Shown in pieces: positions 10,214 through 19,767 of a stretch of 64,000 nt of DNA. Origin of the DNA: an uncultured Planctomycetales bacterium. GTDB lineage: Bacteria > Planctomycetota > Phycisphaerae > UBA1845 > PWPN01. The DNA lies in contig CAZUAQ010000031.1 of NCBI GenBank assembly GCA_964618455.1, forward strand, positions 2,672 through 66,671. Reading direction: 5' to 3'. The position numbers were made by a program, and so were the translations under genes. The notes under the pieces are model-generated. The model was not told where the DNA came from. It saw nothing but the letters and a program-made list of their open reading frames with translations, and did not search any database. Each line of letters starts with the position of its first letter. Positions within the stretch are counted from its first letter, which is position 1.

Positions 10214-11881
10214 ATGCCACAGTACAAGACGCCAAAACTCGACAAGCCGAAGCGTCTGGGGAAGAAAAGTGTTCAACTCGTCGCCAGCGGTGATCTCCGC
10301 CTGTCCGCCAATCAGAGCTGCTGGGCGGAGCAGAAGAAGATGGAGGCGGCGCTGACTGCTGTGATCGAGGAGTTCGGTTATCGCGTCGTTCGCGTCCATC
10401 CTTACAAACCCAAGGAAAAACATGGGTTCATCGCCTCACAGCGCGAGGGCCTGGAGGTTTTCAAAAACGTCGATCCCGAAGCGCCGATCATTGTGGCCGA
10501 AGCGGTCTGGCAGTATTCGCATCACGTCCTGCCGGGCCTGACCTCGCACCGCGGTCCGATCCTGACCGTCGCCAACTGGTCGGGCACCTGGCCCGGGCTG
10601 GTCGGCATGTTGAATCTCAACGGCTCGCTGACCAAGGCGGGGGTGAAGTACTCCACGCTCTGGAGCGAGGACTTCACTGATCGGTTCTTCCTGAACAACC
10701 TCGAGAAGTGGCTGGATACCGGCGAGATCAAGCATCGCACGCCGCACGTCAAGTCGCTTAAACGCGTCAAGATCCCCGCTGGCGAACGCAAACTCGGCGA
10801 GCAGCTGGCCACGCAGCTTCAGGCGGAGAAGGCCATTATGGGTGTCTTCGACGAAGGCTGCATGGGGATGTTCAACGCCATCATCCCGGACCACCTGCTG
10901 AACCCGACGGGGGTCTTCAAGGAGCGCCTCAGCCAGTCGGCACTGGCCTATGAGGCGAGCCAGGTCTCTGACGCCGAAGCGAATCGCGTGTACACCTGGA
11001 TGAAGCGCAAGGGGATGACCTTCAATCTGGGCCGCAAGGAGGCGACGGACCTGACCGAGAAGCAGGTGCTGACGCAGTGCAAAATGTATGTGGCGGCGCT
11101 GCGGATCGCCGACGACTTCGGATGCGATTGCATCGGCATCCAGTACCAGCAGGGCCTGAAGGATACGCTCCCCGCCAGCGACCTGGTAGAGGGTATGCTG
11201 AACAACAAGGATCGTCCGCCGGTCAAGAGCCGTGACGGCAAGCGCGAGCTCTATGCGGGGCAGCCGCTGCCGCACTTCAACGAAGTGGACGAGTGCGCGG
11301 GGCTCGACGCCCTGATGACCTATCGCATCCACACCGCCATGCGCCAGCCGCCGGAAAACACGCTCCATGACGTGCGTTGGGGCGACCGGGATGCGTCGGG
11401 TACGGTGGACGACTACGTGTGGGTCTTCCTGATCAGCGGCTCGGCGCCGCCGGCGCATTTCATCGGCGGATGGAAGGGAGCCGCGAGCGATCGGCAGCCA
11501 CCGATGTACTTCCGGCTGGGGGGCGGCACGCTCAAGGGAATCTCCAAACCGGGCGAGATCGTCTGGTCGCGGATTTACGTCGAGGACGACGCGTTGAAGA
11601 TGGATATCGGCCGGGCGGGCGTGGTCAAGCTGCCCAAGGATCAGACGCAGCGCCGCTGGGAAGCCACGACGCCGCAGTGGCCGATCATGCACGCCGTGCT
11701 GTACGGGGTGTCGCGCGATCAACTCATGGCCAAGCACAAGGCCAACCACATCCACGTGGCCTATGCCCGCAGCGAAGCCGACGCGGACAAGGCGATGTTC
11801 GCCAAGGCGGCGATGGCGCAGGCCCTCGGCATCGAGGTGAACGTCTGCGGCACGAAGAAGAGCGGGAAGAAATGGAACTGA
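10214..11881 (+). CDS. L-fucose isomerase superfamily protein (substrate unknown)
   Basis: 555 aa; [23 protein letters not shown] and NHIHVAY motifs resemble the FucI/AraA superfamily; strong AGGAGG RBS. Confidence 0.7.
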   Translation: MPQYKTPKLDKPKRLGKKSVQLVASGDLRLSANQSCWAEQKKMEAALTAVIEEFGYRVVRVHPYKPKEKHGFIASQREGLEVFKNVDPEAPIIVAEAVWQYSHHVLPGLTSHRGPILTVANWSGTWPGLVGMLNLNGSLTKAGVKYSTLWSEDFTDRFFLNNLEKWLDTGEIKHRTPHVKSLKRVKIPAGERKLGEQLATQLQAEKAIMGVFDEGCMGMFNAIIPDHLLNPTGVFKERLSQSALAYEASQVSDAEANRVYTWMKRKGMTFNLGRKEATDLTEKQVLTQCKMYVAALRIADDFGCDCIGIQYQQGLKDTLPASDLVEGMLNNKDRPPVKSRDGKRELYAGQPLPHFNEVDECAGLDALMTYRIHTAMRQPPENTLHDVRWGDRDASGTVDDYVWVFLISGSAPPAHFIGGWKGAASDRQPPMYFRLGGGTLKGISKPGEIVWSRIYVEDDALKMDIGRAGVVKLPKDQTQRRWEATTPQWPIMHAVLYGVSRDQLMAKHKANHIHVAYARSEADADKAMFAKAAMAQALGIEVNVCGTKKSGKKWN

Positions 11882-11962
11882 CCCGCATCCGCACCCTGAG
11901 GTGAGGGTATCATGATATCGGGCTCATCGTAGCCCCGCTGATCATCGAATCAGAAACTCTTT

Positions 11963-12003
11963 ACGAGCCTGCCGGTGCGATCCGCGTCCACCGGCGGGCT
12001 CGT
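11963..12003. terminator. inverted repeat between convergent genes (probable terminator)
   Basis: ACGAGCCTGCCGGTG ... CACCGGCGGGCTCGT stem. Confidence 0.6.
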
Positions 12004-12006
12004 TTG

Positions 12007-15000
12007 CTATCGGGGGAGCGATTCTCTCGATGACTCGCCGATCCACTGAAGCACCGTTTCCCGCATTTTCGGATAATCCTTTTCGGAAGACAGCAGCCAC
12101 CAGGCGTGGACTTCATCCGGGCGAATGCGCAGCGTTCGGAGGTCGTTGTTGATCTTCAGGTTTCGCTGCAGAATCGGTTTACCGTCATGCAGCATACGCG
12201 CCTGGATTGGCGAATCGTTGTTTTGACTTGCGAGCGCGACAGCGCCCGACTCATAAGCGAAGGCGAGGATCTGACGCGATTGGCGGAGGTCCTTGCCATC
12301 GGCGGCGATCACCCCTGTCAACCCGGTGAACACGGCGAGGGTCTTATTATCGAGTTTGACCTGTCCATGGGCCTCGAGAGCGCGCAGCCGCTTCTCGCCG
12401 TCGATCCAGATCAGTCCGACGTCAAGGGGGCGAAGCCAGATGTTGAAATCGCCGATTTCTGTAGTCAGGTTGAGGCCACTGGGAGTGTCCGCATTGGGAT
12501 TGGCCAGGACGTAGACATTGCCGCCGTCAGTGGTCGGGCGTTTGAAGGCGTGGATGACCGACTTGGCGGGGGTGGCAGAGATCACCGGCACCTTGCTCTC
12601 ACGCAAGACCTGGCGGTAGACACCGACATCCTCCGGAAGTGCTCGATATTCGACCGGAATCGAACTGAAGGTGACGTGTCCCTTCCCGACCTCGTTCGTG
12701 ACCAAGCGCGGCTCTCCTTCGGGGGGCGCATTGACCATCGGCTCAGCGGGTCCCGGATCCTCGAAGTTCCATCTCTTCCAGCGATCCGCGCGCGTGCGTT
12801 GGCGCGTCTCATCCCAGGCGATGTCCCCGGAAAAATACAGGTGGCCGCCGGTACGAACGAAGCTGTCGAGGGCCTCGAAGGCCGCGTCCTGAAGGCAGTA
12901 GGGCACCGGGAGAAAGAGCACGCGGGCGGAATCCGGCAGCCGGTCGAGGTGAAACTCGTTGATGACGTTGAACTCCACGCGACATGCCAGCAGCAGGGCG
13001 ATGCTGCGGCGGATGGCGTCGTGCGTCGGGTTGAAGTCACCGCCCAGACGATGCGTATCCGGCAGGACAAGATACACTTCGGGCGCTTCGTACATCGGCT
13101 CGATACGCTCGAGCAGGACGCTCATGTTGCGATACGCCTCTAGCAGCGGTTTGGGCAGATCGTCGTGTGGGCGGATGAGCCCCCAGGGAAAAACGCAGTC
13201 CTCGAAATCCTTGAGCACCCAACTCAGCGCCATCGAACTTCCCAAACCGAAGGCGTAATGCGTGGTCTGGAGATAACGCTGGAGCGACTCCTCCTCGGCG
13301 GAGCCATCCTGGCCGGTGATGCGGGCGCGGTGCGCTTCCTGTGCGCCGAACTCGCCGAGCGAGAATGACTTACCCTCGAACCGCCGGTCACTCATCTTCA
13401 ACTGCAACGGCATGCGCTGAATGGGACCGTAGTAGTGCATGTTGTTGAACGTCTGGTGCTCGACGCAGAGCACGTGATCGCCGGGCGACATGTTCGCCAG
13501 GTAGCCGACGGTGAATGGCACGTCGGGATCTCCCGCGCGGATGCCCCGGGCGTTCCATTCGATCCAGCGATTGGTGAGCCAGTTACCTGCCAGGTGTGTG
13601 TCGTACTTGCGCAGGTCGGTCCACTCGTCGCTGCCCCAGCGATAGGGGATCTCGCCCAGCGTCTTCTCCGGGGGGGAGACCGTCCACGCCTTTTCAATCG
13701 CCTCGTGCGAGCCGTACCGCTGGCGAAGAAACTCGTTATAAAGCCGAGTGGATTCGGGCCGATCGTTCGGACGGATCCAGGGTTCGTTTTGAATATCGAA
13801 GATGATGCCGGGCACATCGCGGTACCGGCCCACCCAGAACTCTGCCCATTGCCGTTGCGCGTCAAGTTCCGCTTCCGACAGATCGACGAGCATCCAGTCG
13901 TGAAGCGTGAGGAAGATATGGATGCCCTGTTTCTGGGCGAGTTGGACCATGGCGTCGGTCTGGCGGATCAGGCGCTCGGGGGGAGTGTCAGCCAGCTTGA
14001 GGATGTTCGTGTGCATCCGCCCCTCGTACCCTTTGTCGGCGAAGGGGGAGAAGTGCAGGATGCGCAGCATGCGCATGCCGTGCCGGCGCATGCGCAGAAA
14101 ATCCTCTTTCCACACCAGCGGATTTTCGCTGACCGAGTACCACATCATGCCCGTCTGGTTCGTGCCGCCGATGAACGTGGGGCGGCCGTCGATGCGGAAG
14201 TAGTTGTCCTCGTACGTGATCTCCGCTCCGCCGGTCAGCGTGGGCTCGTGCCGTACGACGTAGCCGGTGTCCATGGCGTCGAGGGTCTGCTTGCCGCTCA
14301 CGAGTTCGACGCGTACTGGGTGGACGTCGCCGTGACCCTCCTCGGCGGTGCCGAGCGTGGCGGAGATCTCGCGCGTCTCGCCCGGTTTCAATTGGACGGG
14401 TTCGTCGTGAGCGGGCTGCCCGTCGCGTTTGAAGCGAAGGGTGAGTGTCGCGGCCTGGGATCCGCCGTTGGTCACGTTCACCTTTGCGACCACGGGTTCA
14501 CCGGGCTCGTAGAGGAACCAGTCCGTCCGACATTCGTGAAGAAAAAGAGGGTGGATCAGGGCATCCACGAACTGGATCAACGCCTGGCGTCCGGTCTGTC
14601 GATCGAGGAACAGGTTGTCATCCTCGGCACCGACGATGCCCCAACTGCTTCCGGCGAACGGCCCGGCGTAGTGATGGATCATCGCCGCCACCGATCCGCG
14701 AGGGCGCCCGAGACGATCGAACCCGTGCAGCAGGGGAATGTGCCGTGCGTAGACGTCGGGAAAGACGGGCTGATTGTTACCGGTCATGGCAGTGGCGGCC
14801 CAGCCGTGAATCCGGCGGGGGGAATTGACGTGGTGCAGAGCGGCCACGGATGACGGGGCGACTCCACGAATCGAGGTGACGCCCTCGAGCGGGTAGCTCG
14901 GATCGAACACGCCGATCTGATCCTCGCTGGTCCACATGATATCGCTTGACTGGCCGAAGCGCGTGTTGATGCGAAAGAGCCGTTCGCGCGGATGCTCCTC

Positions 15001-15531
15001 CTTGGCGGCGGGCTTACCTTGAGCGACGCGCCAACCGTCCATGGAGTACACCATCGGACGATCGAAGGCGTAGCCGCTCAGGCTCAGGAATGCGCCGCCG
15101 GACTGGAGGTACTTCACGAGAACGTCTTTGCCGTCGGCGGGGTAGTGGCGACCATCGGGGAGCAGCAGAAGGTCCACGCGCACCGGATCAAGCGTCTCGC
15201 TCTGGAGGAGATCCCCCAGCGTGACGCGCGTCACGCCGTAGCCCGCCTCGGTCAGCCAGTTCTCCAGTATGGGAATCGATTTCGATCCAGTCGTCTCAGG
15301 CAGGCCGAGATCGTCAATGATGAGGATTGCTCCTCGGTCGCTGCGTTGGAGTTGCAGGTCTTCGGTAACGGGAGCGGGCTGCGTGGCCGTCGTTGCCGTG
15401 GCGGTAGGCGGATCCGACTCATCGGCAAATACTGAAACAATGAGTATTGCGACCGTGAGCCATGAAGGCAGGACAGTGGTCATTCGAGAACGGTACATCA
15501 CGTAGATTCTTCCTCCAGGAGGTGGCGTCAT
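12007..15531 (-). CDS. secreted clan GH-A glycoside hydrolase (GH42/GH5-like), multidomain
   Basis: Signal peptide; IFDIQNEP acid/base motif; SLGEFG nucleophile motif; beta-galactosidase trimerisation-like segment; true start may be near 15500. Confidence 0.65.
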   Translation of the reverse strand: MTPPPGGRIYVMYRSRMTTVLPSWLTVAILIVSVFADESDPPTATATTATQPAPVTEDLQLQRSDRGAILIIDDLGLPETTGSKSIPILENWLTEAGYGVTRVTLGDLLQSETLDPVRVDLLLLPDGRHYPADGKDVLVKYLQSGGAFLSLSGYAFDRPMVYSMDGWRVAQGKPAAKEEHPRERLFRINTRFGQSSDIMWTSEDQIGVFDPSYPLEGVTSIRGVAPSSVAALHHVNSPRRIHGWAATAMTGNNQPVFPDVYARHIPLLHGFDRLGRPRGSVAAMIHHYAGPFAGSSWGIVGAEDDNLFLDRQTGRQALIQFVDALIHPLFLHECRTDWFLYEPGEPVVAKVNVTNGGSQAATLTLRFKRDGQPAHDEPVQLKPGETREISATLGTAEEGHGDVHPVRVELVSGKQTLDAMDTGYVVRHEPTLTGGAEITYEDNYFRIDGRPTFIGGTNQTGMMWYSVSENPLVWKEDFLRMRRHGMRMLRILHFSPFADKGYEGRMHTNILKLADTPPERLIRQTDAMVQLAQKQGIHIFLTLHDWMLVDLSEAELDAQRQWAEFWVGRYRDVPGIIFDIQNEPWIRPNDRPESTRLYNEFLRQRYGSHEAIEKAWTVSPPEKTLGEIPYRWGSDEWTDLRKYDTHLAGNWLTNRWIEWNARGIRAGDPDVPFTVGYLANMSPGDHVLCVEHQTFNNMHYYGPIQRMPLQLKMSDRRFEGKSFSLGEFGAQEAHRARITGQDGSAEEESLQRYLQTTHYAFGLGSSMALSWVLKDFEDCVFPWGLIRPHDDLPKPLLEAYRNMSVLLERIEPMYEAPEVYLVLPDTHRLGGDFNPTHDAIRRSIALLLACRVEFNVINEFHLDRLPDSARVLFLPVPYCLQDAAFEALDSFVRTGGHLYFSGDIAWDETRQRTRADRWKRWNFEDPGPAEPMVNAPPEGEPRLVTNEVGKGHVTFSSIPVEYRALPEDVGVYRQVLRESKVPVISATPAKSVIHAFKRPTTDGGNVYVLANPNADTPSGLNLTTEIGDFNIWLRPLDVGLIWIDGEKRLRALEAHGQVKLDNKTLAVFTGLTGVIAADGKDLRQSRQILAFAYESGAVALASQNNDSPIQARMLHDGKPILQRNLKINNDLRTLRIRPDEVHAWWLLSSEKDYPKMRETVLQWIGESSRESLPR

Positions 15532-15543
15532 TACCGTACAGAA

Positions 15544-16371
15544 TCAATCCTCAGGGGGAACGATGACTGTCGGCTCCTCGATCAACGTGGCTCGATCGAT
15601 CGCCCGCTTGGCGATGGTGCCGATGATGCCGATGACGATGATGATCAGTGCGATGCCGATGACTGTCATCCATCGCTGCGCGGAAGTCTTTTCGCCCCAG
15701 TTGACAACGGTGGTGCCGATGTAGACGGCTGCCAACGTTCGTGGCGTCATCCCGATGACCGTGCCTGTCACGTAAATCCAAAGTGGGACCTTGGTAGCGG
15801 CCATGACCAGATTGGTGACGGCAAAAGGCGAGTTCGGTGGAATGCGAAGAAGCGTCACGATCCCCAGGGACCTGAGGTTGCCGCTCTTGAGCAGTGCGTT
15901 GTAAACGGCACGCCATTTGGGTTGCTCTTCAATGATGGTGATGGCGCGGTCACCCGAGGCACGCTTTGCCACGAAGTAAGCGAGAAGGGAGGCAAATGCA
16001 AATCCGATGATCGCGGCGGCGCCGCCATTGGCCAGACCGAACGCATGTCCCGCAAGTACCGCTTGCGCGTAAGTCGGTAACAGTGCGAATCCTGCAAGAA
16101 TTGCAAAGCCAATGATGTAGACAATCTCGCCCTGCGGCGACCCCATGCCCAGCAGCCATGCCTCGATCGCGGGAATCTGCCAGAGCAATACGAATCCGCC
16201 GATAGCGGGCATCGTGGCGGCGACCAATGCCAGCCAGCCCGCCGGGCCGAGTCGCTGGAAGGTTTCCTCGAACTTCCTGACCAGAGCCTGGAATTCCTGC
16301 TTCCGGGCCTCCTTGTCCGACAGATCCTGGCTGGCGTCGGGAGACTCTTTTTCCTGTGGTGGTTCACTCAT
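15544..16371 (-). CDS. TVP38/TMEM64 (VTT/DedA family) membrane protein
   Basis: Multiple transmembrane helices; LLRIPPNSPFAVTN and GMTP motifs. Confidence 0.8.
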   Translation of the reverse strand: MSEPPQEKESPDASQDLSDKEARKQEFQALVRKFEETFQRLGPAGWLALVAATMPAIGGFVLLWQIPAIEAWLLGMGSPQGEIVYIIGFAILAGFALLPTYAQAVLAGHAFGLANGGAAAIIGFAFASLLAYFVAKRASGDRAITIIEEQPKWRAVYNALLKSGNLRSLGIVTLLRIPPNSPFAVTNLVMAATKVPLWIYVTGTVIGMTPRTLAAVYIGTTVVNWGEKTSAQRWMTVIGIALIIIVIGIIGTIAKRAIDRATLIEEPTVIVPPED

Positions 16372-16492
16372 GATGTGCGAAGGGTAGATGCACCGCTGAC
16401 GGGCGTCAAACCGGGAGCACATCCGTCGATTCGCGTCTTCCGTGTGCCGGTCGAGAGGTGGACAGCAGTTCGGCACTTTTTACAATTGTCCC

Positions 16493-17539
16493 ATGCTCTC
16501 CGGCGAAGTTCCTCCGTTCCGCCCGCACCCGTTCCTGTGGAACGGTCATCTTCAGACGCTGGCGCTGCTTTTCCACAGACCCGACCCGATCCCTTTTCCT
16601 GACACGGAGCTCCGCTTCGTGACGCTCGATGACGGCGACGCCATCGCGCTTCACGACGATTGTCCTCCCGGATGGGCCACCGGGTGCCCTACCGTGTTGA
16701 TGCTGCACGGGCTTGGCGGGTCGCATCGTTCACTGTATCTCCAGCGTATCGCCCGCAAGCTGTTTGATCGGGGCGTGCGCACGTTTCGAATGGATATGCG
16801 GATCTGCGGCGCGGCGGCGGGGAGCGCGAGGAAGAGCTATCACGCCGGATTGACGAACGATCTTCGCGCCGCCATTCGCGAAATACGCGAACGTATCTCG
16901 GACTCACCGCTGGCAGGGATCGGTTTCTCGCTCGGTGGGAATCTCCTGCTGAGAATGCTGGGGGAGAACGGGGGGAAACCCGACGCTGATGTGGATGCGG
17001 CGATCGCAGTGTGTCCGCCCCTGGATCTCGGCGGGTCGGTGCGCCATCTTCGACGGGGCATCCGGAAGTACTACGACCGCCGCTTCGTCACCATGCTGAT
17101 GCGCCAGCTTGAGCGGAACGCGGAGAAACAGGGCGGATCGTTCTCTCTCCCGGAAGTGCCCACATCGCTCTATGACTTCGACCGGATTCACACCGCCGCC
17201 GTGTGGGGCTTTGCCTCGGCGGATGATTATTACGCGCAGTGCAGTTGTGGACCGGTGCTGGAAGAGATCACTGTGCCCACGGTGATCCTGGCGTCGCGGG
17301 ATGACCCAATGATCCCGGCGGTTCAATACGAGCAGGCTGAGTATTCTTCATTGGTTCGACTGCACCTGGCGCGACGCGGGGGGCACATGGGTTTCATTGG
17401 GCGGCGCGGGCAGGATCCCGATCGATACTGGATGGATGGGCGCGTGGTCGATTGGGTTTTTCGCATGAAGTCATGGGATGCGGAGGGTCTGCCGTCTGGC
17501 GATACGCAAGCGGCAGCGATAGACTCATCCCACGAGTGA
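16493..17539 (+). CDS. alpha/beta hydrolase, YheT family
   Basis: NGHLQT, LHGLGG, GFSLGGN nucleophile elbow, DDP, GGHMGF. Confidence 0.88.
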   Translation: MLSGEVPPFRPHPFLWNGHLQTLALLFHRPDPIPFPDTELRFVTLDDGDAIALHDDCPPGWATGCPTVLMLHGLGGSHRSLYLQRIARKLFDRGVRTFRMDMRICGAAAGSARKSYHAGLTNDLRAAIREIRERISDSPLAGIGFSLGGNLLLRMLGENGGKPDADVDAAIAVCPPLDLGGSVRHLRRGIRKYYDRRFVTMLMRQLERNAEKQGGSFSLPEVPTSLYDFDRIHTAAVWGFASADDYYAQCSCGPVLEEITVPTVILASRDDPMIPAVQYEQAEYSSLVRLHLARRGGHMGFIGRRGQDPDRYWMDGRVVDWVFRMKSWDAEGLPSGDTQAAAIDSSHE

Positions 17540-17567
17540 GTTCAGAACGACGGAAGGAGTTGTCACT

Positions 17568-19052
17568 GTGTACAAGCGAATTGCCGTATCGACCAGCAGT
17601 CGACTCAAGACGGAAGCAGACGTGTTCTTCTGCACCGTACAAGAGGATAAGATCGAGCTATTGAGCGTTGTGAAAGATGTTGATGCGTCAACGCGCAAAG
17701 AAGTGAAGGCGATGCTTGACTGGCCGGAATGTGCGGGAAGATCCGGTGAAGTAATCGTCGGGCGCGACGGTGGCCGGCGCATCCTGTTGATCGGGCTGGG
17801 GCCCAGAGACATGGTTGACGTCCGAACTGTTCGCGCGGCGGCGGATGGTCTGATCAAGCAACTCTACTCCTTGAAGATCGAGAAGGCGGAGCTTCATCCG
17901 GTCTCTCGGCTGCCCGGGAAGGAAGTGGACCTTTTTCGTTCACTGGGCGAGGGGCTCGGTCTGGCGAATTTCACGTTCGATAGCTTCAAGGCCCTGACAC
18001 TGGCGGAGAGTACGCCGGCACGATTGACGGTCAAGGTGGAGGATGCCAGGACACGGAAGTCCCTGGAGACCGGACTGGTCATGGCCGAGGCTGCGAATTT
18101 CGCGCGAGAATGGTCCGCGACGCCGCCGAACATCGCGACGACGCGCAAGATCGCCGAGACGGCGCGGAAGCTCGCGCGGGAGCATAAGAACCTATCGTGT
18201 CGCGTGATGGAGGGCAAAGCGCTCGAGACGCACAAGATGGTCGGTCTGATGAATGTGGGCAAGGCGTCGGAGAATCCACCCTGCATGATCGAATTGACCC
18301 ACTCGCCCGGCAAGCGTCCGAAAGGATGCGTGCTGTTGATCGGCAAGACGATCGTGTATGACACGGGCGGTCTGTCGATCAAGCCGAGCAGCGGCATGCA
18401 GGGGATGAAGTACGACAAGTGCGGCGGCATGGCGGTGCTGGGAGCGATGCGTGCCGTGGCGGAGATCAAGCCGAAGTGCAAAGTTGTGGCGTTACTTCCG
18501 ACCGCCGAGAACTGTATTTCCGACGAAGCGTATCGCCCGGACGATATCCTCGAGTACCCTAATGGCGTTACGGTGGAGGTGACCAATACGGATGCCGAGG
18601 GTCGGCTGGTCCTGGCGGACGCGCTGCACTACGGGTGCTCGAAGATCAAGCCGGATGCCATCATCGACATCGCCACGCTGACCGGGGGTGTGGTGGTGGC
18701 GCTGGGCAGGACCTGCGCGGGATTGTGGTGCGAAGATGAAAAACTGCGCAAACGTCTGGACGAGGCAGCGGAGGTCTCCGGTGAACAATTGTGGCGATTG
18801 CCACTTCACGAACCTTATCGGGAGATGATGAAGAGTCAGCACGCCGATATCTGGAACAGCGCGCCCGTGCGGGAAGCGCATCCGATCCAGGGGGCGGCGT
18901 TCCTGAGTTACTTTGTCGATGAAGATGTTCCCTGGGCGCACATTGATGTGGCGGGGGTCAGTAAAGTGGAGAAGGACCAGCCACCCTATTGCGCCGGACC
19001 GACGGGATTCGGTGTTCTGCTGTTCGGAGCCCTGCTGGAACGCTGGTCGTGA
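17568..19052 (+). CDS. pepA: leucyl aminopeptidase (M17)
   Basis: GK...DTGG..IK, MKYD, NTDAEGRLVLADAL, ATLTG, WAHIDVAG. Confidence 0.93.
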   Translation: MYKRIAVSTSSRLKTEADVFFCTVQEDKIELLSVVKDVDASTRKEVKAMLDWPECAGRSGEVIVGRDGGRRILLIGLGPRDMVDVRTVRAAADGLIKQLYSLKIEKAELHPVSRLPGKEVDLFRSLGEGLGLANFTFDSFKALTLAESTPARLTVKVEDARTRKSLETGLVMAEAANFAREWSATPPNIATTRKIAETARKLAREHKNLSCRVMEGKALETHKMVGLMNVGKASENPPCMIELTHSPGKRPKGCVLLIGKTIVYDTGGLSIKPSSGMQGMKYDKCGGMAVLGAMRAVAEIKPKCKVVALLPTAENCISDEAYRPDDILEYPNGVTVEVTNTDAEGRLVLADALHYGCSKIKPDAIIDIATLTGGVVVALGRTCAGLWCEDEKLRKRLDEAAEVSGEQLWRLPLHEPYREMMKSQHADIWNSAPVREAHPIQGAAFLSYFVDEDVPWAHIDVAGVSKVEKDQPPYCAGPTGFGVLLFGALLERWS

Positions 19053-19064
19053 TGTGCAGCAGGT

Positions 19065-19472
19065 TCAACCCCCAGGCAGTTGATCGAGTGTATTGGCGGT
19101 GTACGCAAACATGCCGAAGACCATTCCCAACGCGCCCAGAATGACCAGCCAGCCGAGAAGTCCGATGCCTCCGACCACGATGCCGATCCAGGCCCAGCCG
19201 GACCCGCCGGCGGGCATGCGAGTGAGACCCTCAGTTCGAGCTCGGCCGATACGGCGGAGCGATAAAATCCCCAAGATAATTCCAGCAATCTGAGAGATGA
19301 CGGGAATGATCCCCAGGACACTGCATGCCGCCGAGGCCAGGGCGCAGCGATCGGTTGATCGATCGAGGGCGAATGGCGTGGCAGTGCCGTTATGGGACGC
19401 CGATTCGATCTCGAGCGTAGGGCGGCGCACGATGGCGTCGGTCGGTGAGTTTGAATGGGCGGTTGTCAGCAT
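19065..19472 (-). CDS. DUF4190-like small membrane protein
   Basis: Two hydrophobic segments with GILSLRRI and G.G.A..GIV patterns. Confidence 0.6.
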   Translation of the reverse strand: MLTTAHSNSPTDAIVRRPTLEIESASHNGTATPFALDRSTDRCALASAACSVLGIIPVISQIAGIILGILSLRRIGRARTEGLTRMPAGGSGWAWIGIVVGGIGLLGWLVILGALGMVFGMFAYTANTLDQLPGG

Positions 19473-19767
19473 TTCTCCATTCTACAATATGTTGCAGATT
19501 GGCAATCCAGAGTTGACGTGTCCTCTTTGGTGGTACCGTGAACCAGGCTGATGATCGAGCGTATTATGATTGGTCCTCCTGTTATTATCGCACTTGGCAC
19601 GTTCTTCTTTTCTTTGAGTCATCCTAATCGTACGTTTGAGCAACGCGGCTGTCGCATCAAACCTGATTCGCTGAAAGGCTTGTTCAGACGCCCGCCCTCT
19701 TCATCGATAGTAAACAGTAGAGCGAAAGTGACTCAGAGATGAGATTCCTGTTGATACTCAGAGGTGA

